A stretch of DNA of 64,000 nt, from contig CAYUKU010000004.1 of assembly GCA_964445435.1 (NCBI GenBank), forward strand, positions 9,795-73,794, written 5' to 3'. Positions 18,785-30,603 of this stretch are shown one piece after another. This DNA comes from an uncultured Gammaproteobacteria bacterium. Lineage in GTDB: Bacteria; Patescibacteriota; Microgenomatia; UBA10105; UBA927. Numbering within the stretch: the first letter of the stretch is position 1; each line of letters begins with the position of its first letter. The translations under genes and the position numbers were made by a program. The notes under the pieces were generated by a model, which was not told where the DNA came from, searched no databases, and saw nothing but the letters and a program-made list of their open reading frames with translations.

Positions 18785-18812
18785 AGGCGAACGTTCATTG
18801 TTCGCTTCTTTT
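18785..18812 (+). promoter_or_regulatory. Hairpin plus U-tract in rpoB 5' leader
   Basis: AGGCGAACG-TTCAT-TGTTCGCTT followed by CTTTT. Confidence 0.5.
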
Positions 18813-18846
18813 CGTCGTTCTTTTTGATATTATAAGGAATTATCCA

Positions 18847-21800
18847 ATGGCTAAAGACAGCGCTGCAGCTCAACGATTATTTTGGGGAAAAGAATACACG
18901 GATCTTCCCACATTAGATCTTACCTTGGTGCAACGGGAGTCATATCAGTGGTTTCTCGAGCAGGGTATCCGCGACCTTATCACCGAAGTATCTCCGATAA
19001 CAGATTTCACTGGAAAAAATTGGGAACTTTCATTTGGCGATTATTATTTCGGCAGGCCAAGACTTACGCCGGAAATTGCACTTGAAAAGGGCCTCACATT
19101 TGACATGCCTCTGAAGGTTGTGGCAACGCTTGTGAACAAGCAGTCCGGACACCACGTGACACAAGAAGTGTTTTTAGGCGATATCCCCGCAATGACGCAA
19201 AATGGAACGTTTATCATTAACGGAATTGAGCGGTGTGTTGTCAATCAGCTCGTCCGGTCGCCTGGAATTTACTTCACGGGCACTGTCGACTCTACGACGG
19301 GGAAAACCCTTCATAGCGCCGAAATCCGTCCGATGCACGGAAGCTGGCTTGAGTTTATTATGACCCGCAATGACGTCATCATGGTCAGAATCGACCGCCG
19401 CAGGAAATTCGTGGCCACGACGTTTCTCCGGGCCATCGGCCTTGGGGATAATAATGAGATCCTTTCGACATTTAATGAGGTTGACGTTAATAAAGAACAT
19501 CGGTATATCGAGGCTACATTGGCGAAGGATCCGACAAAAAGCCACACGGAAGCAGTGTTAGAGCTTTACCGTAAACTTCGACCGGGGGAGCCTATTGTCT
19601 TGGATAACGCGCAGGAGCTTCTTAAGACCATGTTTTTTGACTATCGCCGTTATTCCTTGGAGCGCGTGGGTCGTTACAAGATGAATAAGAAGTTAGGTAT
19701 CGATGTGCCTAATGATCGCGATCATTGGGTACTCACAAAAGAAGACATTATAGGAAGCATAAAAAAGCTCATTGATTTGGCAAACGGCAAAGACGACGTT
19801 GATGATATCGATCATTTGGGGAATCGTCGGGTTCGCCGAGTAGGCGAGTTGGTTGCTACCAATGCGTTTCGGGTTGGCCTTCTTCGTTTGGAGCGCTCAG
19901 TTCGTGAGAAAATGAGCCTCGCAGGTCCCGCCGCCGAAGATCTTACCCCGATGCAGCTTGTAAACGCACGTCCGATTATTGCCTCTATAAACGACTTTTT
20001 CCGTACGAGTCAGTTGTCAACGATATTGGATCAAACGAATCCGCTTGCGGAAGTCGATAACCTTCGACGTCTTACTGTTATGGGAACTGGCGGAATTTCC
20101 CGTGAGCGGGCGTCGTTCTCTATCCGCGATATTAACGCTTCACAATACGGCCGTATTTGCCCGGTCCGAAGCCCGGAGGGACCGAATATCGGTCTTGTGA
20201 CCTATATGTCGCTTTATACCAGAGTCAACGAATACGGATTCCTCGAAACTCCGTACCGCAAGGTTGAGAAAGTGTCACGTGGGGATAAAACGATGATGCG
20301 GGTTACACCAGAAATCGTGTATTTGGACGCAAGCGACGAACAATACAAGCACATCACCCATGCAGGTGTAAAGGTGGATGAGGAAGGATTTATTATCGAA
20401 GATCGTGTTCCTGTTCGTTTCAAGGGAGAATTTTTGGAAGCAGATGCGAGCGTGGTTGAGTATATTGATGTCGTACCAAGACAGGTGGTTGGCGCACCAG
20501 CTTCGCTCATTCCATTTTTAGCACATGATGAAGCGAACCGAGCCCTCATGGGAACACACATGCAGTGTCAGGCTGTTCCGCTTCTCATGCCGCAGTCTCC
20601 GGTCGTGGGAACCGGAATGGAATCGGCTATTTCTCAGACAATGGGGAGGGTTGTACGTGCAAACGATGACGGTGTTGTTAAATACGCCGATGGTGCAAAG
20701 GTGGTTTTTGTATCGCGCGAAGGACAAGAAGAGACATATTTGCTCGCAAAGTACTCCCGGTCTGCACAGTCAACCTGCTATAACCAGCGCGTTATGGTAG
20801 CCACAGGAGATAAAGTGAAAAAAGGGCAGGTTCTTATCGAGGGTCCGGCAAGTGACGATGGCGAGCTTGCGCTTGGGGCAAATGTGACAATTGCATATAT
20901 GAGCTTCGACGGATTGGGGTACGAAGACGCGATCGTAATATCCGACAGACTGGTAAAAGAGGATGTGCTTACTTCTGTACACATCGAAGAGTATGAGGCA
21001 AGCGTTGTGGATACAAAACTCGGACCGGAGGAAACGACACGGGATATTCCTAACGTTGGAGAAGAGGCGCTTCGTAATCTTGATGAAAACGGTATTGTCG
21101 TTGTCGGCGCCGAGGTGAGCCCGAATGACATTTTAGTTGGTAAGATTGCGCCGAAAGGCGAAACTGAACTTACAGCAGAAGAAAGACTTCTTCGTGCTAT
21201 CTTCGGGGAGAAGGCGCGGGAAGTTCGAGACACAAGTCTTCGCGTGCCACACGGCGAACGTGGAACTGTAATTGAAGTCAAAATTCTCGATAAAGAGAAG
21301 GGTGACGAGCTTGAGCCGGGAACGAACAGGAAGATTGTCGTAAAAGTTGCTCAAATGCGTAAAGTTGTTGTTGGAGATAAACTTGCAGGCCGCCATGGAA
21401 ACAAGGGCGTTATCTCAAAAGTTGTGCCCCAAAGCGACATGCCCTATCTTGCAGATGGCACCGTCGTCGATGTGATTATCTCTCCGCTTTCTGTGCTTTC
21501 CCGTATGAATTTGGGACAACTTTTGGAAGCACACCTTGGACTCGCCGCTTCTAAGCTGCGCGTGAAGATCTCACTTCCTGTATTTGAAAATGTAAAAGAA
21601 GACAGAATTATCGAGAAGCTTAAAGAGGCAGGCGTACCGGTTTCAGGAAAGAGTACGCTCTTCGACGGACGAACAGGAGAACCATATAAAGAACCGATTG
21701 TCGTAGGAATTGGATATATCCTCAAGCTCATTCATATGGTTGAGGATAAGACGCATGCGCGATCAACCGGCCCATACTCACTCGTGACGCAGCAACCGCT

Positions 21801-22209
21801 GGGTGGAAAGGCTCAAATGGGTGGTCAAAGACTCGGAGAGATGGAGGTCTGGGCGCTCGAAGCGCACCGGGCGGCGCATGTACTTCAGGAAATGCTTACC
21901 ATCAAATCCGATGACGTTGTAGGCAGAGCTAAGGCCTTCGAAGCGATTGTGAAGGGCACGGATATTCCGGAGTCGACAATTCCTGAATCATTCAAGGTAT
22001 TAGTGAAAGAGCTTCAGGCTTTGGGATTGAGCGTCATGCCAACCGGAGCGGTAACCGCCAAGCCAGTGGTTGCGACTCCGACTGCTGCTGATGACGCCGT
22101 GAAGAAAGAAGCAGAGGAGATAGCAAAAGCAAGCGGAGAAGAGTCCGTAATAGAGGAGGCAGCAGAAGCAGAAGTACTATCAAAACCGGAGGATACAAAC
22201 AATAATTAA
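18847..22209 (+). CDS. rpoB: RNA polymerase beta subunit
   Basis: [74 protein letters not shown]. Confidence 0.99.
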   Translation: MAKDSAAAQRLFWGKEYTDLPTLDLTLVQRESYQWFLEQGIRDLITEVSPITDFTGKNWELSFGDYYFGRPRLTPEIALEKGLTFDMPLKVVATLVNKQSGHHVTQEVFLGDIPAMTQNGTFIINGIERCVVNQLVRSPGIYFTGTVDSTTGKTLHSAEIRPMHGSWLEFIMTRNDVIMVRIDRRRKFVATTFLRAIGLGDNNEILSTFNEVDVNKEHRYIEATLAKDPTKSHTEAVLELYRKLRPGEPIVLDNAQELLKTMFFDYRRYSLERVGRYKMNKKLGIDVPNDRDHWVLTKEDIIGSIKKLIDLANGKDDVDDIDHLGNRRVRRVGELVATNAFRVGLLRLERSVREKMSLAGPAAEDLTPMQLVNARPIIASINDFFRTSQLSTILDQTNPLAEVDNLRRLTVMGTGGISRERASFSIRDINASQYGRICPVRSPEGPNIGLVTYMSLYTRVNEYGFLETPYRKVEKVSRGDKTMMRVTPEIVYLDASDEQYKHITHAGVKVDEEGFIIEDRVPVRFKGEFLEADASVVEYIDVVPRQVVGAPASLIPFLAHDEANRALMGTHMQCQAVPLLMPQSPVVGTGMESAISQTMGRVVRANDDGVVKYADGAKVVFVSREGQEETYLLAKYSRSAQSTCYNQRVMVATGDKVKKGQVLIEGPASDDGELALGANVTIAYMSFDGLGYEDAIVISDRLVKEDVLTSVHIEEYEASVVDTKLGPEETTRDIPNVGEEALRNLDENGIVVVGAEVSPNDILVGKIAPKGETELTAEERLLRAIFGEKAREVRDTSLRVPHGERGTVIEVKILDKEKGDELEPGTNRKIVVKVAQMRKVVVGDKLAGRHGNKGVISKVVPQSDMPYLADGTVVDVIISPLSVLSRMNLGQLLEAHLGLAASKLRVKISLPVFENVKEDRIIEKLKEAGVPVSGKSTLFDGRTGEPYKEPIVVGIGYILKLIHMVEDKTHARSTGPYSLVTQQPLGGKAQMGGQRLGEMEVWALEAHRAAHVLQEMLTIKSDDVVGRAKAFEAIVKGTDIPESTIPESFKVLVKELQALGLSVMPTGAVTAKPVVATPTAADDAVKKEAEEIAKASGEESVIEEAAEAEVLSKPEDTNNN

Positions 22210-22216
22210 CATACCT

Positions 22217-25200
22217 ATGGACAAAAAAGCATCATTTGCCAATATCGTTGATTTTTCCGGCCTTAAAATTACACTGGCGTCATCTGATGATATAAAAGCG
22301 TGGTCACACGGGGAGGTTACCAAGCCAGAGACGATTAACTATCGCACATTGAAACCGGAAAAAGATGGACTGTTCGATGAAAGAATATTCGGACCGACGA
22401 AAGATTGGGAATGTTACTGCGGGAAATACAAACGAATCCGCTACCGGGGTATTATTTGTGACAAATGCGGAGTAGAGGTAACGCAAAGCAAGGTACGGCG
22501 TGAACGGATGGGCCATATTAGTTTGGTGGCACCGGTTGCGCACGTATGGTTTTTTAAGGGTGCCCCTTCGAGACTTTCACTCCTTCTTGATATTAGTCCT
22601 CGAGCACTGGAAGAAGTTATTTATTTTGCCCAATATCTCGTTACGAAAGTCGACGAAGCTAAAAAGAAGGAAGTCTTAGAAAAGCTTGTGAAATCAGGCG
22701 AATTGCGCATCGAAGAAGTAGAGAAACGCCTGAAAGAAGAGAAAGCCAAAAAGAAAGATCAATATAGTGGCGAGAAAGAAACGGTGAAAGAAAAAGTAAG
22801 CGGAGCCGAGGCGAAGGATTTGGCTGTTTCAGAGCTGACACTCAAAGAGAGACAAGAAATAACAGCGATGGAAGAACAGTCAGAGAAAGAAAAAGAGAAA
22901 ATTAAAGAAATTATTGATTCGCTGGTGGCGATAGTAAAAGCGATTAAACCACTCCACACCTTAACGGAAGACGAATATTTGCGGCTTCTTGAATACGAAG
23001 CGGTGGAATGCTTTGAAGTTGGAATGGGAGCTGAAGCCATCGAAGAAGTCATTAAGCGACTCGACCTCGATAAGCTCGCAGCCGAGCTTCGGGAAGAAAT
23101 TCAAAATACAAGTGGCCAAAGACACATTAAGGCGACGAAACGCCTGCGCGTCGTTGATGGCATGCGCAAAGCCGCGATAAATCCTTCCTGGATGATACTA
23201 ACCAATCTGCCGGTTATCCCGCCAGATTTGCGTCCCATGGTGCAGCTGACTGGTGGAAGGTTTGCAACCAGCGATCTTAATGATCTCTATCGTCGGGTGA
23301 TAAACCGCAACAATCGGCTTAAACATCTTATGGATTTAGGGGCACCTGAGATTATTCTGCGAAATGAAAAGCGCATGCTTCAAGAGGCGGTTGATAGCCT
23401 GATCGACGTGACACAGCGGCCCAGTTCACGTGCGGTTATCGCGCCTCTGCGATCGCTTTCCGACATGCTTCGAGGCAAACAGGGACGATTCCGTCAGAAT
23501 CTTTTGGGAAAGCGTGTCGATTATTCCGGACGATCCGTTATCGTCGTAGGGCCGGAACTTAATCTTACGCAATGCGGACTTCCGAAGGAAATGGCACTTG
23601 AAATGTTTAAGCCGTTTGTTCTTCGAGAGCTTATCGTCAGAGGTATCGCGCCGAACGTGAAAAACGCTAAAAATGTTCTCGAAAGGCGGACACCAGAGGT
23701 GTTTGATATTCTGGAAGAGATAACGAAGAATCATCCTGTTCTTCTTAACCGCGCTCCCACGCTTCACAAACTGGGTATTCAGGCGTTTTACCCGATTCTG
23801 ATTGAGGGATCAGCAATCCGAATTCATCCCTGCGTTTGCGCAGGCTACAACGCAGATTTTGACGGAGATCAGATGGCAGTCCATATTCCGTTATCGAAAG
23901 AGAGTCAGCACGAAGCTGTTCATCTGATGCTCCCGACACATAATTTGCTTAAACCCGCAGATGGATCCCCAATCACCGTTCCCAACAAAGAAATGGTATT
24001 GGGATGCTACTATCTGACGACCTTGGAAGTGCAATCAGACGATGTCGACGAGAACACCTTGCCAGCGTATGCAGATGAACATGATGCAATTTTTGCATAC
24101 CAATCAGGGAAACTCGCGCTGCGATCGCCGATGCGCCTGAAGGTTAACGATCAGTGGATCGTTACATCGGTGGGCCGCGTTATGTTCAATGAGATATTGC
24201 CATCGGAACTGCGATACATGAATACGCCGATAAAGGCGGCAAGCATCAAGGCAATCATTACAAAAGCGCTGAATTTTTATAGCAGGGAAGAGGTTGTAGG
24301 GATTATCGACTCCATAAAAAATGTTGGCTTTATGGGTGCGACTCTCTGCGGCGGACTTTCGGTATCAGTATTTGACTGCGAGATGGTTGAAGAGAAGCAG
24401 GCGATTGTGAATGAAGCTGAAGAAAAAGTTAAAGAAGTAGACCAAAATTATCAACAGGGTCTTATCACGCTTGAGGAAAAGAAACGCCTCTCCAATGAAA
24501 TTTGGATTGAGGTCACGGAGCGTATTGCAGATGTGACATGGCAGCGTATGAAGATGGACAATCCCGTCAAGATGATCATAGACTCCGGAGGCGCCCGTGC
24601 GTCGAAAGACCAGCTTAAACAGTTATCAGCTATTAAAGGATTGGTGGTTGATCCGTTGGGGAAGATTGTCGAACTTCCCACGAAGAGCAACTACCGCGAA
24701 GGTCTTTCTATCTTCGAGTACGTTACCAGTACGCGTGGTTCACGGAAAGGTCTTACCGATTCCGCGCTGAAGACAGCCGATGCCGGATATCTCACCCGTC
24801 GATTGGTAGATGTATCCCATGACATGATTATTCGTCAGGAAGACTGTGGTACGACGGAAGGCTGGGAAGTCAAACGTCATGAAGACAGGCAGGCGCCATT
24901 TGTGCTGCGGGTGATAGGGCGATTTGCGGCAAGCGATGTCGTTGCACCGGGAAGCAAAAAGGTCCTTATCGCAGCAGGGGAAGAAATCACCGAAGAAAAC
25001 GGAAGGCTTCTCGACGAACACGAAGTGGAGTCGATCATGGTGCGATCCCCCATCAGCTGTCAGGCGCACGTAGGCATGTGTGCCAAATGTTATGGCCGCG
25101 ATTTTTCTACGAACGCACATGTTCAGCTTGGCACTCCGGTTGGAGTAATAGCTGCGCAATCGATCGGTGAGCCCGGCACACAGCTAACGATGCGGGTGAG

Positions 25201-25939
25201 ACACGCGGGAGGAATCGTCGGACTTGACGTGACGCAGGGACTGCCTCGTGTTGAGGAGCTTTTTGAATCGCGTACGCCTCGCGTTTTGTCTCCCATCGCA
25301 GAAATTGCCGGCAAGGTGGAGGTTTCCGAGACAGAGCAGGGGTATCATGTCCGGGTGCGCAATACCGCGATGAAACCGCCGGAAGAGCGCGAATACGTCA
25401 TACCGTTAACCAGCGAACTCAAAGTGAAGGAAGGCGATTTGGTAGCAGCTGGAGACCAATTGGCCAGTGGCTATCTGGATCTGAAAGAAGTTCTGCAGGT
25501 ACGTGGACTTCGAGGCGCGCAGAAATACCTTATCACTGAAATTCAGAGAGTGTACGAATCTCAAGGCATTCAGATCTCCGATAAACATTTTGAGGTTATC
25601 GTGCGCAAGATGAGTGATAAGGTTCGTATAGATACATCAGGTGACACCATGCTACTTCCCGGGGAATTGGTCGATCGTATGCGCTTCCAGGAAGAAAATG
25701 CACGGGTGTTGGCTGAAGGCGGAGAACCTGCGACTGCCCAAATCACGATGCTGGGTATCACACGGGCTTCCCTCTTCACCGAGTCGTGGTTATCAGCGGC
25801 TTCCTTCCAGGAAACAACCAATGTCTTAACCGATGCTGCGCTTTCAGCGAAGGAAGATAAGTTGCTGGGCCTCAAAGAAAACGTTATAATCGGCAGACTC
25901 ATTCCCGTAGGTCCGGAACGAGCGAAGGTTCAAAGTTAA
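22217..25939 (+). CDS. rpoC: RNA polymerase beta' subunit
   Basis: Zn finger [26 protein letters not shown], catalytic [21 protein letters not shown]. Confidence 0.99.
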   Translation: MDKKASFANIVDFSGLKITLASSDDIKAWSHGEVTKPETINYRTLKPEKDGLFDERIFGPTKDWECYCGKYKRIRYRGIICDKCGVEVTQSKVRRERMGHISLVAPVAHVWFFKGAPSRLSLLLDISPRALEEVIYFAQYLVTKVDEAKKKEVLEKLVKSGELRIEEVEKRLKEEKAKKKDQYSGEKETVKEKVSGAEAKDLAVSELTLKERQEITAMEEQSEKEKEKIKEIIDSLVAIVKAIKPLHTLTEDEYLRLLEYEAVECFEVGMGAEAIEEVIKRLDLDKLAAELREEIQNTSGQRHIKATKRLRVVDGMRKAAINPSWMILTNLPVIPPDLRPMVQLTGGRFATSDLNDLYRRVINRNNRLKHLMDLGAPEIILRNEKRMLQEAVDSLIDVTQRPSSRAVIAPLRSLSDMLRGKQGRFRQNLLGKRVDYSGRSVIVVGPELNLTQCGLPKEMALEMFKPFVLRELIVRGIAPNVKNAKNVLERRTPEVFDILEEITKNHPVLLNRAPTLHKLGIQAFYPILIEGSAIRIHPCVCAGYNADFDGDQMAVHIPLSKESQHEAVHLMLPTHNLLKPADGSPITVPNKEMVLGCYYLTTLEVQSDDVDENTLPAYADEHDAIFAYQSGKLALRSPMRLKVNDQWIVTSVGRVMFNEILPSELRYMNTPIKAASIKAIITKALNFYSREEVVGIIDSIKNVGFMGATLCGGLSVSVFDCEMVEEKQAIVNEAEEKVKEVDQNYQQGLITLEEKKRLSNEIWIEVTERIADVTWQRMKMDNPVKMIIDSGGARASKDQLKQLSAIKGLVVDPLGKIVELPTKSNYREGLSIFEYVTSTRGSRKGLTDSALKTADAGYLTRRLVDVSHDMIIRQEDCGTTEGWEVKRHEDRQAPFVLRVIGRFAASDVVAPGSKKVLIAAGEEITEENGRLLDEHEVESIMVRSPISCQAHVGMCAKCYGRDFSTNAHVQLGTPVGVIAAQSIGEPGTQLTMRVRHAGGIVGLDVTQGLPRVEELFESRTPRVLSPIAEIAGKVEVSETEQGYHVRVRNTAMKPPEEREYVIPLTSELKVKEGDLVAAGDQLASGYLDLKEVLQVRGLRGAQKYLITEIQRVYESQGIQISDKHFEVIVRKMSDKVRIDTSGDTMLLPGELVDRMRFQEENARVLAEGGEPATAQITMLGITRASLFTESWLSAASFQETTNVLTDAALSAKEDKLLGLKENVIIGRLIPVGPERAKVQS

Positions 25940-25940
25940 T

Positions 25941-26378
25941 ATGCCTACCGTTAATCAACTTATCAGAAAAGGTCGTCATAGTAAGGCAAAGAAGATAAAA
26001 GCGACAGCACTTCGTAAATTCTTTAACGCCAAAGATCGAGCTATGAGTCAGTTGCCGTCTCCCTTTAAAAGGGGAGTGGTTACATTGGTAAAAACCATGA
26101 CACCGAAAAAGCCGAATTCGGCACTTCGGAAAGTAGCTCGTGTACGACTTTCCAATAAGCAGGAAGTTACTGCCTACATTCCCGGAATTGGACATGAGCT
26201 TACGGAGCATGCTATCGTTCTGGTTCGTGGAGGTCGAGTACCGGATTTACCCGGTGTGAAGTATCACATAGTTCGAGGAAAATATGACTCTACGGGAGTC
26301 GCGACCCGGCGTCAGGGGAGAAGCCGATATGGCGCCAAATCCGGAAGTACGGGGCCGGCTGTAGCTTCAGCAAACTAA
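25941..26378 (+). CDS. rpsL: 30S ribosomal protein S12
   Basis: [32 protein letters not shown]. Confidence 0.98.
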   Translation: MPTVNQLIRKGRHSKAKKIKATALRKFFNAKDRAMSQLPSPFKRGVVTLVKTMTPKKPNSALRKVARVRLSNKQEVTAYIPGIGHELTEHAIVLVRGGRVPDLPGVKYHIVRGKYDSTGVATRRQGRSRYGAKSGSTGPAVASAN

Positions 26379-26387
26379 TGTAATTCT

Positions 26388-26864
26388 ATGAGCAGATCGA
26401 AACGAGTTACCAAGCCAGTCATTGTCGCCGATCCGGTATACGGAAATCGGCTCATTATGCGGTTCATTAATCGCGTGATGAGAAGCGGGAAGAAACGGGT
26501 AGCTGAGCAGATCGTCTACGATGCGCTTGACGCAATCAAGGCAAAAGGCGAGGACCCGGTGAAAGTTTTCGAGACTGCTATAAATACCGTCGGACCCAAA
26601 ATGGAAGTACGGGCCCGCCGGGTAGGCGGAGCCTCTTACCAGGTTCCAACCGAAGTGCGGGGCGACAGACGGGTAGCTCTTGCGATACGGTGGATTATTC
26701 AGTTTGCAAACAAACGATCCAACAAGGAATTTAAGAATTTTTCAGGAAAATTAGCGGCAGAACTCACGGATGCTGCAAACGGCCAGGGGGAATCAATTAA
26801 GAAGCGTGACACTGTGCATAGGATGGCTGAAGCCAACCGCGCATTTGCTCACTTCAAGTGGTAA
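26388..26864 (+). CDS. rpsG: 30S ribosomal protein S7
   Basis: RRVGGASYQVP, HRMAEANRAFAH. Confidence 0.98.
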   Translation: MSRSKRVTKPVIVADPVYGNRLIMRFINRVMRSGKKRVAEQIVYDALDAIKAKGEDPVKVFETAINTVGPKMEVRARRVGGASYQVPTEVRGDRRVALAIRWIIQFANKRSNKEFKNFSGKLAAELTDAANGQGESIKKRDTVHRMAEANRAFAHFKW

Positions 26865-26900
26865 CTGTCTTCTCACTGCTTCCTGCTAGGCAGTACCTCT

Positions 26901-27941
26901 ATGACCTCAAAAGAGGGAAGATCTCCAACTAGAGTCAGTAGAAGAGACGTCCTAAAAACTGGTTGGGAAATAGTAACGAAAGGTGTCCCTTACGGAGTCA
27001 TGGCATACGGATTGGGAAGGTTGGGAATTGATATGGCACTCGATGTTCCCGAAGCCGCTGATACGTTTAAAGCCCCTCTCTATGAACCGGGATGGCTTGA
27101 GACACGAAATCCGGATCGTCCGGCATTCATTGATCCTCACGACTTCGGGGAGAAGAAATATCTTCGCCATATGGCAATGCACGATCCGCTTCTGAGAAGA
27201 ACTCACGCGCGGGCATATAAAACCGCAATACAGAATGAGAAAAATGCAATTACCCTGAAGGACAGTTATTGGCGACATCTTATCCACGCGTATGAAGAGA
27301 TGAAAACCACAACCGCTCACTTAGAGGACGTTGTCCAGGTTTCGCTTTTTAGTTTTGCGTCACTGTACAGTAGTTTTTACAGCGTGGGTGATATAGCGAT
27401 GGCGTTTGGTGTCTATGATGAGTCCCGATCGCCTCTTCCGGATACTTTGTTTGAAGCATCCCAATATAGAGGGAATATTCCCGATATTTTCAATCATTCG
27501 CATCATAACGACGAAAGCAAAATTCAGCATTTCGCCGGATTTGCGTTTTTATCCTATACGTACGCCCATGCGCGCGCATTGGGCCTTCCGGAGGCAAAAA
27601 CAGTACCGAGACTCGCCCGACTCGTGGCTTCTGTCGGAGATACACCGGGAATGGAAGGAGAGGTGTTTGCCCTTTCCGGAGAACTGAAATGGGAACAATG
27701 GGAAACGATGCGGTGGTTTCGAAGGATGGTGGATACAAGGTCGTATCAGGCTCCAAATGAAGGATTTTTCGAGCCGGGGTTCAATTCCGATATGCTCGCA
27801 AGTCTCATGGGAATGGAATTCGGAAGACGGCTCTATGCGGATGTCGGGAGCGGTACTGATATCGGCACAATCTGTTCTGTGCTTGATTCTCCCATGGATT
27901 TGGTTACGCCGACTGCGGCGGCAATGTTCCCAATTGAGTGA
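26901..27941 (+). CDS. Hypothetical protein with twin-arginine-like N-terminus
   Basis: 346-aa ORF; SRRDVLK followed by a hydrophobic stretch; KIQHFAGFAFLSY motif. Confidence 0.65.
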   Translation: MTSKEGRSPTRVSRRDVLKTGWEIVTKGVPYGVMAYGLGRLGIDMALDVPEAADTFKAPLYEPGWLETRNPDRPAFIDPHDFGEKKYLRHMAMHDPLLRRTHARAYKTAIQNEKNAITLKDSYWRHLIHAYEEMKTTTAHLEDVVQVSLFSFASLYSSFYSVGDIAMAFGVYDESRSPLPDTLFEASQYRGNIPDIFNHSHHNDESKIQHFAGFAFLSYTYAHARALGLPEAKTVPRLARLVASVGDTPGMEGEVFALSGELKWEQWETMRWFRRMVDTRSYQAPNEGFFEPGFNSDMLASLMGMEFGRRLYADVGSGTDIGTICSVLDSPMDLVTPTAAAMFPIE

Positions 27942-28383
27942 CAAGTCCCTGCGCCCACGAATTGATTGTTTCCATGTGTTTCGTTTGGTCAGAGAAGTAC
28001 TTGTCAATCCTTAATGATGGAACAACGAGGGTTCCTTTCATGGTTTTTATAAGCTCTTCGAGGTGATCAACAGCGCCGCAGAAATGTGTATAAGATGAAT
28101 CTCCGAGTCCGAAAACGGCAAATGGTTTTCCTTCAAACGTTTGTGTTTTCAGTTTTTCGATAAGCGGCATGTAATCTTCGTGAGGCATTCCTTCCTTCCC
28201 GTCGAAGTCCCAACTGGGCGAACCGAAAATGACCACGGGAGCGCTTCGCAGGTCATCAGGGGTGGTTTCCAGGGCCTGTTTCATCGTGACTTGGTGACCC
28301 GCGCCCGTAAGCTTGTCGGCGACGGCTTGCGCAGTCATCATGGTCGTGCCAGAATTGGTAGCGTACACAAGGAGGATCTGCAT
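27904..28383 (-). CDS. Flavodoxin
   Basis: YATNSGTT, FGSPSW, AVFGLGDSSYTHFCGAVD. Confidence 0.93.
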   Translation of the reverse strand: MQILLVYATNSGTTMMTAQAVADKLTGAGHQVTMKQALETTPDDLRSAPVVIFGSPSWDFDGKEGMPHEDYMPLIEKLKTQTFEGKPFAVFGLGDSSYTHFCGAVDHLEELIKTMKGTLVVPSLRIDKYFSDQTKHMETINSWAQGLVTQLGTLPPQSA

Positions 28384-28423
28384 ACGTATAAATTGTACGA
28401 CGGATTACTTTCTTAAGGCAAGC

Positions 28424-29050
28424 ATGAAACCGAACATTCGAGCTCATTTTCGTGCTGTTGACCCGACATTATTCGCTGCCCTGTCAGCTTTAGACGGGCA
28501 GGCGCATTTGTTGGTGCCCAGAATTTCGAAGGACTATTTTTCGGATTTGTGTGAAGCGATTATCAATCAACAGTTATCCGAAAAGGCCGGTGCAACGATA
28601 TTCAAGCGATTCCGACGGCTTTTTCCGAAGGAAATCATTACACCTACATATGTATCTGAGACTCGCGGTGAATCGATTCGATCCGTGGGCGTTTCCTGGT
28701 CGAAAGTTAAGTACATCAAAGCGCTTGCGGAAAATGTCATTCGAAAAGAAATCCGCCTTGAGACGCTTACATCGAAAACTGACACTGAGGTCATTGCCGA
28801 GCTGACACGCATACAGGGAATTGGTCCCTGGACAGCAGAAATGTTTCTCATGTTCAGTTTGGGAAGGGAAGACGTATTTTCATATGGCGATGTAGGCTTG
28901 AGGCGTGCGATACAGAAACTGTATAAATTCAAGCGTGAACCGACGCAGAAGCAGATGGAAAAAATAACGAAGAAATGGTCACCGTATCGTACGTATGCGT
29001 GTCGTATTCTCTGGAGAACTTTGGATGACTCGATTACAATAGGAATATGA
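28424..29050 (+). CDS. alkA: DNA-3-methyladenine glycosylase II (AlkA family, HhH-GPD)
   Basis: IINQQLS, IQGIGPWTAEMFLMFSLGREDVFSYGD, WSPYRTYA; ATG 28424 avoids overlap with flavodoxin. Confidence 0.9.
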   Translation: MKPNIRAHFRAVDPTLFAALSALDGQAHLLVPRISKDYFSDLCEAIINQQLSEKAGATIFKRFRRLFPKEIITPTYVSETRGESIRSVGVSWSKVKYIKALAENVIRKEIRLETLTSKTDTEVIAELTRIQGIGPWTAEMFLMFSLGREDVFSYGDVGLRRAIQKLYKFKREPTQKQMEKITKKWSPYRTYACRILWRTLDDSITIGI

Positions 29051-29424
29051 AGATTGCACTCGCCGCACTCGTTGTGTTTATCGTTGGCATTGTTTACATA
29101 GCACCGTTTGTCATGTCCGAGAAATCCTGTTACGACAATTCACTGAGTTCTATCAACGACATACAATATCAGGTGGCATCGAGGGGTATCGGCAAAGAGC
29201 GAGTATGTGAGCGCCGCATCGTGGTTCTCGATGAGCTCGAGGGATGTCTGAAGAAGGCAACCGGATCCGGGCAAATCGTGCGATATGCTTATCCTATTAT
29301 CGAGGGGTCCCTGTCTATGGTAAGACCAATGAGCAAAGCGCTGCAATCGCTTAAAAGTGAACACGATCTTGAGTGCGAGGATTATCCGGATTACACGACT
29401 GGTTCTTTTGTCCCAAGTCCCTAG
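29047..29424 (+). CDS. Small exported/membrane-anchored protein with 4 Cys
   Basis: N-terminal hydrophobic segment, four cysteines, ATGA overlap with alkA. Confidence 0.6.
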   Translation: MKIALAALVVFIVGIVYIAPFVMSEKSCYDNSLSSINDIQYQVASRGIGKERVCERRIVVLDELEGCLKKATGSGQIVRYAYPIIEGSLSMVRPMSKALQSLKSEHDLECEDYPDYTTGSFVPSP

Positions 29425-29439
29425 TAATTCGATTTATTA

Positions 29440-30603
29440 ATGAAAAAACTCCTATTATTCTTCCTGGTTGTCGTCCTAACGGCGGGCGTGTGGATAGGAA
29501 GTTTCTTCTACAGAAACCTGCGGGGTGTCGCCCCTGCGATTGGTCCGCCGAAAGAAATTCCCGAAGCACTCAATATGACCGGCTTGCCGCTGAAGGTACC
29601 GAAGGGTTTTTCCGTTTCAGTATTTGCCAGACATCTCGGCAACCCGCGCGTGCTGGCGTGGGACCCTGAGGGAACACTTGTTGTAAGCATTCCGGCACAA
29701 GGGAAAATCGTGGGACTTATCGATGCAGATCGGGACGGAGTTTCAGAAAAGACCCAGACCATAGTAGAAAAACTCAACAGTCCTCACGGACTCGCGTTTC
29801 ATAATGGTTCATTGTATGTCGCTGAGACGGATGGGGTAGTCGTTTTTGACTATGACGCGACTCAAAAGAAGGCAGGGAACGGACGGAAGATTGTTGCGTT
29901 ACCTGGTGGAGGGAATCACTTTTCGCGAACGATTGGCTTTGGAGCGGATGGACGTTTATATATAACGGTCGGTTCACAATGCAACGTGTGTGTTGAAAAA
30001 GACTGGAGGCGGGCAAAAATGCTTGTCGCAAATGCTGACGGATCCGAGTTGAGAGAATATGCATCGGGCCTTCGAAATAGCGTATTTTTCGTATGGCATC
30101 CGAAAACAAACGCCCTCTGGGCGACTGATATGGGACGGGATTTATTAGGGGACAATGCGCCTCCGGAAGAAGTGAATATCATAGAGGAGGGGAGCAATTA
30201 CGGATGGCCGTATTGTTATGGTGATAGAGTTCATGATGATGCTTTCGATCCCAGAAAAATCCACGATTGCACCACGACGGTATCGCCACATATTACCTTT
30301 CAGGCGCACTCCGCGCCTCTCGGCCTGGCATTTATTCCCGAGACTTGGCCGGAAGACTACCGTGGCGATCTTCTTGTTGCGTATCACGGCTCATGGAACC
30401 GCACGGTGCCCACGGGATATAAAGTGGCACGTTTCGATTTGGACGACAAAGGCCTCTCACGCGGGGAATCCGATTTCCTATCAGGATTTCTCGATGGGAA
30501 AAGCACGATTGGAAGGCCGGTCGATTTGCTTTTTGGGACCAATGGAAGTCTGTTCGTTTCGGATGATAAAGCGGGAGTGATATACCAAATCAGCCAAAGG
30601 TAA
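29440..30603 (+). CDS. PQQ-dependent sugar/sorbosone dehydrogenase family beta-propeller
   Basis: GSQCNVC, ASGLRN, NYGWPYC, AHSAPLGLAF, HGSWNR, GRPVDL, VSDD. Confidence 0.9.
   Translation: MKKLLLFFLVVVLTAGVWIGSFFYRNLRGVAPAIGPPKEIPEALNMTGLPLKVPKGFSVSVFARHLGNPRVLAWDPEGTLVVSIPAQGKIVGLIDADRDGVSEKTQTIVEKLNSPHGLAFHNGSLYVAETDGVVVFDYDATQKKAGNGRKIVALPGGGNHFSRTIGFGADGRLYITVGSQCNVCVEKDWRRAKMLVANADGSELREYASGLRNSVFFVWHPKTNALWATDMGRDLLGDNAPPEEVNIIEEGSNYGWPYCYGDRVHDDAFDPRKIHDCTTTVSPHITFQAHSAPLGLAFIPETWPEDYRGDLLVAYHGSWNRTVPTGYKVARFDLDDKGLSRGESDFLSGFLDGKSTIGRPVDLLFGTNGSLFVSDDKAGVIYQISQR

Noticed and set aside
18663-18846. Absence of rplK-rplA-rplJ-rplL upstream of rpoB as evidence of gene loss
   Set aside because: These genes may simply lie elsewhere; this cannot be judged from one window
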